In this document: positions 1 through 22,162 of the stretch, in pieces | How positions within the stretch are numbered: the stretch's first letter is position 1 | Layout: each line of letters begins with the position of its first letter | NCBI RefSeq assembly: GCF_035594765.1 | Contig: NC_085847.1 | Coordinates: forward strand, 9,300,001-9,364,000 | DNA: 64,000 nucleotides | Direction: 5' to 3' | Source of the DNA: Anolis carolinensis | Taxonomy: Eukaryota | Made by a program: the position numbers and the translations under genes | The notes under the pieces: model-generated | The model's database searches: none | The model's input: only the letters and a program-made list of their open reading frames with translations | What the model was told of the DNA's origin: nothing

Positions 1-5
1 ATATA

Positions 6-134
6 CCATATATACTTGAGTATAAGCCGACCTGAATATAAGCCCACCAGGACCCTCACCTGAGTATAAGCCGAGGTTTTTTTTCAGTCCTAAAAAAGGG
101 CTGAAAAACTAGGTTTATACTCGAGTATATACAG
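6..134. mobile_element. Tc1/mariner (Tc2/pogo-like) MITE, short copy
   Basis: Inverted ends CC(G/A)TATATACTCGAGTATAAGCC, flanked by TA. Confidence 0.65.
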
Positions 135-279
135 TAAACAAGCACCAAAGCAAATTCATAAGTTAGGATCACCAAGATGGCATGTAGTGTTGTCTTATAC
201 ATACTCTTGTGGGGGAAAAGGCAAAAGTAGGATAGTCTTTTTCCAGGAACTGATTTGAAAATTTGATCCTTTTGAACAG

Positions 280-2293
280 TGTCCCATGCAGGAAATGAAG
301 CTACAGTCGAACGTGATGGATGTTCTCCCCAAACTGAAATCCCTGAGTTTGGCAGACAGAGCCGTATACGAGAAAGGGATGAAGGCCTTTGTGTCTTACG
401 TGCAAGCCTACGCCAAACACGAGTGCAATCTGATCTTTCGATTAAAAGGTAATTTTGGCAACCTATTTGGTAAGCCCAACGTTAGAAATAGCCGGTGCGA
501 GAACGTATTGAGATAGGAACTGTGGCCCCATTTGCAGCCTCAGGACTGAAGCTTGCCCCCAGTAGATCATTAGTAAGGTTGAGATCTTCTTCATTTCTGT
601 CCAGAGACCCAGCAGCTGTTGGGAGCTTGTTTTTGTCTTCCTACATGAGGTAATTCTGCTCTGTAATCAAATGTTTGTTTCAAGCCCTTCTCTCCACTGG
701 TCATTTCACCTGACATGGCCAAGTTGTGCTTACTTTACCTTTGGTTTGTATCACAGGCATAGACTTCAAGCTGTAGTTTATGAGGCTGACTCAGGATCTG
801 AATGGAATAATAAACTACGGCTAGTCATAAAAGCAATGTGCTGCATGTTGTTGTATTATTATAATGTATTGATAATATTATAATGTATTACAGTATAATA
901 CTGATAATAATACAATTTAATAATATTAATTATATATTATATATTACATGTAATATTACTAATAATATTACAATGTAATGATATAGTACAATATGGTAAT
1001 TTAATGCTAGTATTGTACTATGCTAATAATATAATGTATGTGAATGTAATTTGTAAGCTGCTCTGAGTCCCCTTTGGGGTGAGAAGGGCGGAATATCAAT
1101 GTAGTAAATAAATAAATAAATATTAATGTTGGAAACTGCCCAGAGTCCCTTTTGGGAGATAGGGTGGTATATAAATAAAGTGTTGTTGTTATTATTATTA
1201 TTATTATTGACACAACGACATTGTATGACACAGCAAACTAGATAGATATGCTGGATTTCGTTTCACAAAATCACAAGTCAAACACTTCCCAAGTGTTTAG
1301 GACTGTGTGAAGTATTTTCGGATGATGCGTGTAGATCCCAGTAGGGTGGCCTTTTGCAGTTGGGAGATTGTTGTTGTTGTTGTTATTATTATTATTTAAC
1401 TCCTCACTGCCACATTAGGGGTGAGGGGCGGGTAGAACGTGTATGTCTTTGGCCTGTTCTCATTGTGAAAAATGATGGTTTGTTCTGAACCGTCTCACTG
1501 TGCGGCCATCCACACAGCCGTATAACCCAATAATATCATGGCAGATAATCCACAATGTTTTGAACTGGGTTATCGGCATCCACACTGCCGTATAATCCAA
1601 TATAGATTTGATAGAGTTGTGTGGAATGGGCCTGGGTCTCTGCTTAGTTATATGGGTGCCTTGATGCATCCCTTTCTTCTCTCCGCCACAGACCTGGACT
1701 TTTCCAGCTTGGCCCGAGGCTTTGCTTTGCTGAAGATGCCGCGGATGCCAGAGCTGAAAGGCAAATGTTTCTCCGACTTCACGCCTGTGGATCTGGACAC
1801 AGACTCGATCGCGTTCAAAGACAAGCACCGAGAGAAACAGAGGCAGAAGTTTCTCGAGCAGCGAAGGACGGAAGGGCAGGAGCAAGGAAGGAGGAAAAGG
1901 TTTGCCAAAAACAAAGCCTGGTCCAAGCAGAAAGCCAAGAAGGAGAAGAAGAAGAAACTGACAGCCAAACGGAAAAGAGAGGAGGTGAGTGATGTTTGAG
2001 CTTGAGCCCAGCAACAGTCTTAACTATCTTGTTCTTGGGAGTATGTATAAATGAAGACTACAAGCAGATCTATGTAATTGTTTGGGGGGAAACTAAAATG
2101 TGTGCTTTTTATTCTCCGACTACAGGGGTCTGATGTAGAAGATGCTGATATGGAGGAACTGCTGAATGACACGCGGCTCCTCAAAAAGCTGAAGAAGGGC
2201 AAAATCAGTGAGGAAGAGTTTGAGAAGAAGCTGCTGCGTAGCACCAAGGAAGCTCAGGCAGACACAATGGGCGACTCGGGCTCCGAAGGATGA
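280..2293 (+). CDS. DDX55: ATP-dependent RNA helicase DDX55, last three coding exons (5' part outside window)
   Basis: Exons 280-448, 1692-1984 and 2126-2293 (TGA 2291-2293), all AG/GT bounded and in phase. Translation CPMQEMK...[55 protein letters not shown]...NKAWSKQK.../[34 protein letters not shown] matches the DDX55/Spb4 C-terminus. AATAAA at 2328-2333. Confidence 0.95.
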
Positions 2294-2563
2294 AGCATAA
2301 ACCGTGAGAGCTTGTTCTTTGGATAGCAATAAAACAGACTTTTCTATGTAACAAATGCTCCTGTGCTCTTGGCCTTGGTACTGTAGCCTCCTCTAACTTC
2401 CAAACCAGGCATTTAAAGCATTGGAGTCCAATACAACTGGACGGAATCATGTTGTGGGAGGCTTTGAGCCTCAAAGAGGGGCAGGTAATATTATTATTAT
2501 TATTGGGGTTTTTTTCCAGGGGAGATAATGTATCACTTTTCCTTCCAAGTGGCACAAGTACTA

Positions 2564-3139
2564 CCGTATATACTCGAGTATAAGCCAACCCGAATATAAG
2601 CCGAAGCACCTAATTTTACCACAAAAAATTGGGAAAACATTGACTCCAATATAAGCCAAGAGTAGTAAATTTCAGAAATAAAAATAGGTACCAATAAAAT
2701 TACATTAATTGAGGCATCGGTAGGTTAAATGTTTTTGAATATTTACATAAAGCTCAAATTTAAGATAAGATTGTCCAACTCTGATTAAATCATCACTCTC
2801 ATCTTCTTCAATGTAAATGTGCTTATGTATCCTTTTAATAATAATAGAGTAAAATTAATAAATGTAATAATAATTATTATTACAGTAAAATAATAAATGT
2901 AATAACAGAGTAAAATAATACATGTAATAACAATAATCATATCAGAGTGAAATAATAAATGTATTAATAAGAATAAATAGAGTAAAATAATAAATGTAAT
3001 ACCAATAATAATAGAGAAAAATAATAATGCTGACCCAAATATAAGCCAACCAGGACCCTCACCCGAGTATGAGCCGAGGGGGGCTTTTTCAGTCCTAAAA
3101 AAGGGCTGAAAAACTAGGCTTATGCTCGATTATATACAG
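2564..3139. mobile_element. Tc1/mariner (Tc2/pogo-like) non-autonomous element between the DDX55 and EIF2B1 3' ends
   Basis: TIR CCGTATATACTCGAGTATAAGCC, TA target duplication, AT-rich interior. The same family occurs at 16766-17424, 25929-26820 and 51699-52233. Confidence 0.75.
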
Positions 3140-3363
3140 TATTTTAATTTCATCTTACACACATGGGTAAATGATCTGCAAATTGTACAAAAACATCCCG
3201 ACACTTATTCTTTTTCAGTGAATTTATTCCCAGTAACGTAGTGTCCAAATTGTTTAGTAGGCTCTTCGTACAATCAACCAGAATACATCCCTTTTTGTGA
3301 ACATACTACCAACAAGCTGCCCAGCAAAAACACGTCAGCTTCGGCACATCAGAAGTGGACAGT

Positions 3364-6300
3364 TTACAAATATAGTTTAATAAGTTCATCACTGACAGCA
3401 GAGGGGGTCAGGACCCCAAGGTCCGTAAAGAGGAGAGTGATCAGGGAAGGGGACGTATAGTCAATCCAGGGATGTTCCATCATAAGAGTCTTACTTTTCT
3501 TCAGGGTGTCTGCTTTGTACTAGGGGAAGGAGAAGGTAAAAGGACACGAGTTAACATTTTCTGAGAATGGTCAGCTGTTCCCATGTGAGGATGGCATCAA
3601 GATGAAGCCAGAGCACTGAAGGATGCTCTATTATTATTTATTTACTGTATTTATATCCCGCCCTTCTCACCCCAAAGGGGACTCAGAGCGGTCTTACAAT
3701 AGGCAAGAATTCCATGCCACATAAAACTGGCATGTAATAAAATAAATATATACATTAAAAACATAAATTTAAAGGACATATAAGCATTAAAACCAATTAC
3801 AGTAGAGTCTCACTTATCCAAGATTTGCTTATCCAAGGTTCTGGATTATCCAAGGCATTTTTGTAGTCAACGTTTTTTCAATATATCGTGATATTTTGGT
3901 GCTAAATTCGTAAATACAGAAATTACAACATAACATTACTGCATATTGAACTACTTTTTTGTCAAATTTGTTGTATAACATGATGTTTTGGTGCTTAATT
4001 TGTAAAATCATAACCTAATTTGATGTTTAATAGGTTTTTCCTTAATCCCTCCTTATTATCCAAGATATTCGCTTATCCAAGGTTCTGCTGGCCCGTTTAG
4101 CTTGGATAAGTGAGACTCTACTGTATTAAAAACCACAAAATCCGAATTCATAGTCCGGGAGCCGTTTCAGTCATAATTGCACATATTCCATCTTCTCTAC
4201 ATAATGGAAAGATGCTAATGGCAAGAAGGTTGTTTATGGGTTGGCTTGAACAACGTGCTGAACCAGAGTAGTAACAACTCTAAATAATAATAATAATAAT
4301 TATTATTATTATTATTCACTGGCGAATAGACATTTTGGTGCCTCAAATGTGAGCCCTGTTTCTGGGTCTATTTGACCTGTTGATTCCAAAAATGGCACCA
4401 GTTTCTCCATCAATTCTAGTTTTTGAGATACATAACATATGCCATCTTCCAGTCGCTATCTACTGTTACGGATACGTGTTTGTGGACAACCTGCAAGATT
4501 ACATTGCTTTCCACCTGTTACAGGCTTTTAAAGCATAAACAATGAACGGACATCCTTTTCCACTCTGAAATTACCTTAAATTTATCTGGGACGTCCTGCT
4601 GGTTCAGAGGGAAGAGCCTGACGAACTTGAAACTCTCTGCAACCACGTAGAAGGGCTTGTTCTGAGCTTTGGCACACACGGCCATTTGGTTTGTGCCAAT
4701 CTGAAGAAGCCAGGCGGGTGGGAAAATACATTCAGGACAATGAACAGAACAACTACCTTTTTTAAGTTAAAAAACCCCCAAAAACAACGTTCGAGAGTAA
4801 GGTCCTGTACCATCATGTTCACTTTGCACTTGGCCACAGAAAGTGATCAGATTTCAAAGCACTAAACATGGACTACATCCTGTCCTAACCAACAATCTTT
4901 TGGTGCTTTACTAAAATAATCCAATTCTATCACTGTAATAAGACATAAATCCATTGAAAGGGATGTTGTTCAGGACATTTCAATTTAAAAAAAATAGTTC
5001 AGGGCTTCTTAAACCCTTTCAACTCAATAATTTTTTATGTGACCCCAGATATATAAAATAGGTATGAGATTAAAACATTCACTGGTAACAAATCAGCATT
5101 TGCAAGGTTTGCTAAAGAGGCTGATTTTGCTTTTCATGAAGTACAGCTGAAGCATTTTCTGCAGAGTCCACTGTAAACACTGCATGTAGTTGCTAATAGA
5201 TTTGTCTAAATTAGTGGTGTTCAAAAACTTTTTCCTTTTGCCAATTTCTGACCCTAACACTGAAGTAAGGGCCAGGGACCCACAGTTTAAGAAGCAGAGA
5301 TGTAGAGGCTGTTGGGACTCCCAAAGGTCCTACATAACCAATGGGAAGGATGGTGGGAGTTGCAACCCAACAACGTTTGCACATCCCCAATCCTTAACTA
5401 GGGGACTCTGCCGATGGAAGGACACCACCAGATACACCCCCAGTGTTTTGAGGACACCCCAGATCTTGCACACATGCCTCACCTTGTTAATAATGCCTCC
5501 ATTTTCCACCACGCCTTCAGCGCCAACAATCACCAGGTCCACTCTTTCCATGATGTAGCTATTTAAAAGAAGGGGAAGATCAGATACATATACTACATCA
5601 GGAACTCCTCCCTGCAGTCATATTTATTATTACTTATTATTATTTATTTATTTACAGTATTTATATTCCATAATACCAGTGGCCCACCAATTTATTTGGG
5701 CATTGGAGGAAGAAAATCCCACTAATGTCTTTCTCCATGTGCCTGGCTAACCATTTGCTGCCACAAAAGCCTCCTTTTTCAGAGGCCTTTAAACAGTTTG
5801 GACTCTCGGAAGCCTTTATTCTTCCTTTGGGTCAATTCCCAGACAGGTCAGTAGGCGAAAACAAGATCCACTCCTTTAAAGAAGAAGGAATCATGGCACA
5901 GCATATTGGCTGCATGTTGAAGGAGCCCAGGTTCAATTCTTATCTTTTATTTTACTCTAGGATCAAGTATCTGGTCCAGCAAACCATCTTTTTCTTCTTT
6001 CCGATTCCTGTATCACTCTACACCAAATTCCATTTTTTGCACTGCCATGACAATCCCAGCCAATTTTTCCCATTTAAAATTCACAGAAGAAGAACAAGTT
6101 AAAGATGTGGTGACAAAATGGGCGAGGGTGGTAGGTCATACAATAAACCTGTCAGAATGGGAAAAGATATGGAAGAGGAAACTTAAATTCACGTACACGG
6201 CAGAACTGAAGGAAAACTGGTATAAGATCTTTTATAGATGGTACATCACACCAGAAAGGCTTGCAAAAATTAGTAAAGGTAAAGGAGATGGGAAATGCTG

Positions 6301-9300
6301 GAAATGTGGGAAACACAAGGGAGATTTTATACACGTGTGGTGGGGATTATTAGACATTAAAAACATGGATTTATTATCACAAATAATATCACAGAGCAAT
6401 GCTCCAAGACAAAAGACAAACTGGTCCAAATTGAGAGTATATTTGTCAAAAGAAAAAGTTGAACTTTTGTAAAAAATGTTCAGAAATCACCCCAGGCCCA
6501 AAAATGTATTCGGATGTTTGCTGGTAAATGTTCAAAATTGAGGAAAACATGTCTCGCTGTGCAGAAGATCTGGAAGGAAAACTTTGTTTGTTTGGGACAT
6601 TTTTTTCCTTACTATCTCTGCATTCTTCAGTCAATCTGTTCTTCACTTTATTACATTGTTCCCCCACTTTTTATGTATATTCAAAATCATAAATAAAAAA
6701 AATTGCTTTGCCAAGCGACAACATTGCCCACTCACACTTACCCAACAGCAGCATCTAGGATGACTGTCACGGGTATGCCCAGTTTGGTGAGAGCCTCGGC
6801 CATCCTCTGCCTGTGTAATTGTCAATATTTTATCTTAAAACCCATTTTATATTAAAAATAGTACTTCAGTAGTATGTAAAATTACAAAGGATGTTTAAGA
6901 GAAAAAGTGGTATATAATAATAATAATAATATCAACAACAATAAGAACAATAATATATTAATGATAATTTTTTTGCAGTAGAGTTCATTCATTTATTATC
7001 TTACTAGCTGTGCCCGGCCACGCGTTGCTGTGGCGTTGTCTGGTGGTGTTGGTGAGAAATTGTTGAGGTAGTGGTGGTATTGAATGTCTGTTGTATGGTT
7101 GTCTTTATGTTTAGTATGCACACTGAAGTGGATTATATGGCAGTGTGGACTCAAGATAATCCAGTTCAAAGCAGATAATAAAAGATTCTAAATGGGTTAT
7201 ATAGCTGTGTGGAAGGGCCTTGAGTCTACACTGCCATATAATCCAGTTCAAATCTGATAATCTGTGGAAGAGGCCTAAGTGAGGCCTAACTGTGCCTGTC
7301 CCCTGGGCTGAGGAGGTTGCTAGGAGACCAAGTGGGCAGAGCTTAGCCTTCAAAGTGGCAGCAATTGGATAAAAACTATTATTCCTCTCCCTGTAATTAG
7401 GACTTTATTTTTCGTTTCTTTTTGTTGTATCAACCTAGAGCCGTGAATGATGGGTTGTGTTGTCAAATTTTGAGGTTGGGGGGCCTGTAGTTTTGTCCGC
7501 TGCCCTGATGCCATCACTCTTTTATATATATAGATATGCTTATGGGAGCTTATTCTCAGGTATCAGTGTGCATACAGGATTGTAGCTTTACTTCACAAAG
7601 GGAAAACCCTGTCCAGGTATTGAAGGAGCAGACTCAGCTACTATTATTTGCACAAGCGATACTGGGAAAACCTTGCCATCTACTTGCCCTGCTCGGTCCG
7701 GCTGCGATTCGGTGACGTAGACGCTGAAACGTCGCTTGGCTTTCACTGCTGTGTCCAGCACTCTCAGGACCACTTTGGAATAAGCGTGAGTCAATACCCT
7801 CTGAGGAAACAGAACACCAATGTTTCCGTTTAGGATTCGTAATATCAATTACACAGAATATTATCACAGTATATATGGTTCTACAGTGGAGCAGAGTTGT
7901 CTTCAGAAGTAGTAAACTCTCCTTTGTTTCAAAACATCTAGGCTTACTCACCCCACCATCTTTGACAAACGTATGGCAAAGTACAGCAATCTTATTCCTT
8001 GAGCCAGAGATTCGCCGGAGGAAAAGTTCTCCTCTCTCAATCATGATTGCTTTACATTTGGAATAATCCTAGAGAAAGCAGGAGATGACATTGGAGGTAA
8101 TAATAATAATAATAAAACTTTATTTATATACCGCCCTATCTCCCGGATGGGACTCAGGGCGGTTTACAGTCATAAAAGCAACACAAACATTACATAACAA
8201 CATAATACACATTATTAAACAAAGTAAAATATTACAATTATAACAATAAATCACACTTACATGACCAGATCAAGGGGACGGGAACCATAAACCCAATATA
8301 TTAAAATGTATCATTTTAGGCTAGGGGAATCTTGTGCAATATATTCAGGCTCAGAAATCGGCGGTAGTCCAATATAATTAAAGGTACAATTAAAGAAGCA
8401 AGCTCAAACATGCCTTGAGCATCATGCTTACCATGTTTAAAGGTTTTTAAAAACTGCTGGGGTTAACGTATTATCTACTATAAAAACCCTTCTCCATCAT
8501 AGCCAAGTATGTCGAATCTGGCTCTGATGAGTTTATTCTGAAATGAGTTGGCACATGCTCACAAACCTCCCCCTTTGTTGCTATTCCTGTGGGCCTTTTA
8601 AGATGAAATTGAGTGACGCAGACACAAAAACTACTAATTAGTGGCTACATTCCTGTACTCGCTTGTGATAAACAGTGGAGTGAAACTCACCGGATTCTCC
8701 AAAGAGGTGAGACTGATGAAGCGCAAGAAAAGCTCCCCTCCTGAAGAGATGGCTACCGAGGAATCGACACCAGAGAGCACTTCTATGGCTCGCTTGAGGT
8801 TGGCTCTCAACCCTTGAATTGTCTCCCCTGGCAGAGACAGAGATGGGAGGGAAATGAGCTTTAAAATACTACACTTGTATTAACTTCATTGCCATAAACT
8901 AGAATTTCAGTGCCCCCCTCGAGACTGACCGTTTAATGCAGTTCAAAGCCAGCTTCAAACTGTGGTGTCTAATAATAATAATCTATATATATAAAAGAGT
9001 GATGGAATCCTGGCGACCGCCAAAACAACAAAACTAAACACCCCACAACCTCGAAAATTGACAACAGAACCCATCATCCATGCCTCTAGGTTGATACAAC
9101 AAAAATAAAAGAAAAATAAAGTCCTAATTAGAGGGAGATGAATAATTATTTTTATCCAATTGCTGCCAGTTAGAAGGCTAAGCTCCGCCCACTTGGTCTC
9201 CTAGCAACCCACTCAGCCCAGGGGACAGGCAGAGTTAGGCCTCACTTAGGCCTCTTCCACACTGCCTATAAAATACAAATTATCAGATTTTAACTGGATT

Positions 9301-11559
9301 AGATGGCAGTGTAGACTCAAGGCCCTTCTACACAGCTATATAACCCATTTATAATCTTATATTATCTGCTTTAACTGGATTATCTGGACTCCACACCTTT
9401 ACCCTTTACCTTAACTACCACCAATTCCTCAATACTTTATTTCCCATACCACCATACTTCGCCACAGCAACGCGTGGCCGGGCACAGCTAGTAATAATAA
9501 TAATAATAATACTTTATTTTTCTATCCCGCCAACCATTTCCCCAAAGCGACTAACATAGGGCCAAGCCCAAAACAGAGACAAAACGTAACAAGTTAAAAC
9601 AAGTATCAATAACTAAAAACAGTGTCAACACAACAATCAAATCAAATCAACAATTAAATAATTCAATTACAATTAAACACAGAATACAGTATACTACCAT
9701 CATTATATAAGAATGAGGTAATAAAAACAAGCATCACCACTGATGGATAAAATGGGGGCAGTCTTATAAAAGTGCATAATTTCAAGACCATTTAATAAAA
9801 GTGCATGGACAAGTGTCAGAGAGTTGCCTGAGATGATAACAAACTAAATAACAAACTCCCACAAAAGCATGTGAAAGAAAGCCGTCAATGTGTATCAATG
9901 CTCTGCGGTGTGTAGAATCGCCATACAGGCCTCATACATTATCACAAATTATATATCCCAACCTAGTTCTTCACTGCACTCCAGCCCTCAACCCAGAGCT
10001 CAGGCCACACAAGTAAAAGCCAATACATGCCTTTGTCTCTTTTCAAAAACTCTAGCAAGACATGGATGGCAATCACAGCTGAGGCGACATCGGGATCCTG
10101 CCTCATCTGAGTGTTAAAGGCCTCGACCAGCTCTGGAAAGAAATGCAGGAAGAAAACAAAAAGGAGAAAGTCAGTGGAGCTCTGCTTTCTTTCTATATTC
10201 CCTTTAAATATTACAAATTCAAAGCAGCATAGTTTAACACAGGGTATTGTCTGTTGTGATGTTTACAACATCCACACACACCCAGAGTATATCCAGAGAA
10301 GGGCTGCCAAAATAATAACAACAATAATGTTTTATTCATATCCCGCCCCTCTTCCCACATTTAGACACTATCCTATTGATGCACCCAAAAATGAGATTGG
10401 CCTTTTTCGCTGCTGCATCACATGTTCAGCTTGTGTTCCACTAAGGCCCCTTCTAGACTGCCATATACAACCCAGATGATCTGCTTATCCCAGATTATCT
10501 GGCAGCGTAGACTCATAATCCAGTTCAAAGCAGATCATGTGGATTATTTGATGATATGGATTATATGGCAGTTAGAAGGGGCCTATGGCCTCTTCCGCAC
10601 TGCCCTACATCCCAGGATGTGATCTCAGATTATTTGTTTATCCCAGATTTTCTGGCAGTGTAGACTCATATATTTATTTCCAATATTTATATCCCGCCCT
10701 TCTCACCCAAAGGGACTCAGGGCGGCTTACAACACTGGCACAATTAGATGCCTATACAAAAACAATCAACAATACATAAAATCAGTTAAAAACAATTAAA
10801 TACAATATAATCCCATTCAAAGCAGATCATGTGGATTATTTGATGATACGGATTATATGGCAGTGTAGAAGGGGCCTATGGCCTCTTCTGTACTGCCCTA
10901 TATCCCAGGATCTGATCCCAGATTATTTGTTCATCCCAGATTTTCTGGCAGTGTAGACTCATATAATCCAGCTCAAAGCAGATCATGTGGATTATTTGAT
11001 GATACTGATTATATGGTGGCGTAGAAGGGGTCTATGGCCTCTTCCACACTGTCCTGTATCCCAGAATAAGATCCCATATTATCTTCTTATCCCAGATTAT
11101 CTGGCAGTGTAGACTCGTATAATCCAGTTCAAAGCAGATCATGTGGATTATTTGATGATACGGATTATATGGCAGTGTAGAAGGGACCTATGGCCTCTTC
11201 TGCACTGCCCTATATCCCAGGAGTTGATCCCAGATTAATTGTTTATTCCAGATTATCTGGCAGCGTAGACTCATATAATCCAGTTCAAAGGAGATCATGT
11301 GGATTATTTGATGATACACATTATATGGCAGTTAGAAGGGGCCTATGGTCTTTTCCACACTGCTCTGTATCCCAGGATCTGATCCCATGTTATTTTCTTA
11401 TCCCAGATTATTTGGCAGTGTAGACTCATATAATCCAGTTCAAAGCAGATAACATGGGATCAGATCCTGGGATATAGGGCAATGTAGAAGGGGCCTAGAT
11501 CCCTTTCCCACGGACTGTTTTCTAGCCCGAAGTCCTCTTGCCTCACCTGCTTCGTTCAT
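3364..11559 (-). CDS. EIF2B1: Translation initiation factor eIF-2B subunit alpha, 9 coding exons, 302 aa
   Basis: Minus-strand exons 11547-11559, 10031-10132, 8691-8827, 7952-8068, 7688-7800, 6742-6810, 5483-5558, 4575-4700, 3364-3519 (909 nt, open frame). Motifs [74 protein letters not shown]. Start context CCACC-ATG. Poly(A) signal on the minus strand at 3223-3228. Confidence 0.97.
3800..4123. mobile_element. Tigger/pogo-like MITE (~320 bp)
   Basis: Perfect TIR CAGTAGAGTCTCACTTATCCAA, TA target duplication. Further copies at 21612-21916, 30994-31291, 40641-40950, 46641-46950, 48992-49311, 53625-53946, 59148-59455 and 62205-62542. Confidence 0.8.
6047..6702 (+). mobile_element. L1/Tx1-clade LINE 3' fragment (ORF2 C-terminal zinc knuckle)
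   Basis: Peptide [10 protein letters not shown]...[14 protein letters not shown]...[17 protein letters not shown], ending in an AATAAAAAAAA tail. Confidence 0.75.
7004..7534 (-). mobile_element. Non-autonomous Helitron
   Basis: On the minus strand it begins TCTATATATATAAAAGAG and ends CACAGCAACGCGTGGCCGGGCACAGCTAG. It sits in an A^T target with no duplication. Confidence 0.75.
8982..9491 (+). mobile_element. Non-autonomous Helitron
   Basis: 5'-TC...CTAG-3' ends, A^T target, GC-rich subterminal segment. Confidence 0.75.
10445..11495. repeat. Tandem array of six ~156-bp Harbinger-type MITE units in EIF2B1 intron 1
   Basis: Units start at about 10445, 10588, 10880, 11036, 11192 and 11347. Each is bounded by inverted ends GGCCYCTTCCACACTGCC / GGCAGTGTAGAAGGGGCC and joined to the next by TAT. 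Unit 2 is interrupted by an L2-tail insert. Confidence 0.75.
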
Positions 11560-11792
11560 GGTGGAAGGGCCCGATCACGCCTCTCCTTCCATCTGCTTTC
11601 GGGGCTCACGCGGCAACCGGGGCGGAACCTTTGTGGCGGGACGCGTCTCCCCGCTCCGGATGCCTTTGGCGCGACACTGGGCGCCGGACGGAAGCGCGGG
11701 CGGGGCGGGCGAGGACGTCACTCCCCGGCGCCGGGGCCCAGGGCGCGCTTCCTTCCTTCCTTCTTCCTTCTTCCTTCCTGCGGCCGAGAGCG
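11560..11792. promoter_or_regulatory. Bidirectional CpG-island promoter shared by EIF2B1 and GTF2H3
   Basis: The divergent ATGs at 11559(-) and 11793(+) are 233 bp apart. The region is CpG-rich, with GC boxes (GGGCGGGGCGGG ~11698), an ETS-like CGGAAG (~11688), a CRE-like GACGTCA (~11714) and a (CTTC)n tract in the GTF2H3 5'UTR. Confidence 0.85.

Positions 11793-22162
<10,370 letters not shown>

Noticed and set aside
1460-2014. 184-aa minus-strand ORF
   Set aside because: Antisense shadow of the Lys/Glu-rich DDX55 exon.
8520-8570. CTGATGA...GAAA hammerhead-like or C-box-like motif in EIF2B1 intron 3
   Set aside because: Stem II barely pairs, the base that should pair with A15.1 is C rather than U, and there is no stem I or terminal stem for a C/D snoRNA.
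10445-11495. CRISPR-like repeat periodicity
   Set aside because: Eukaryotic DNA; whole units are repeated and there are no unique spacers.
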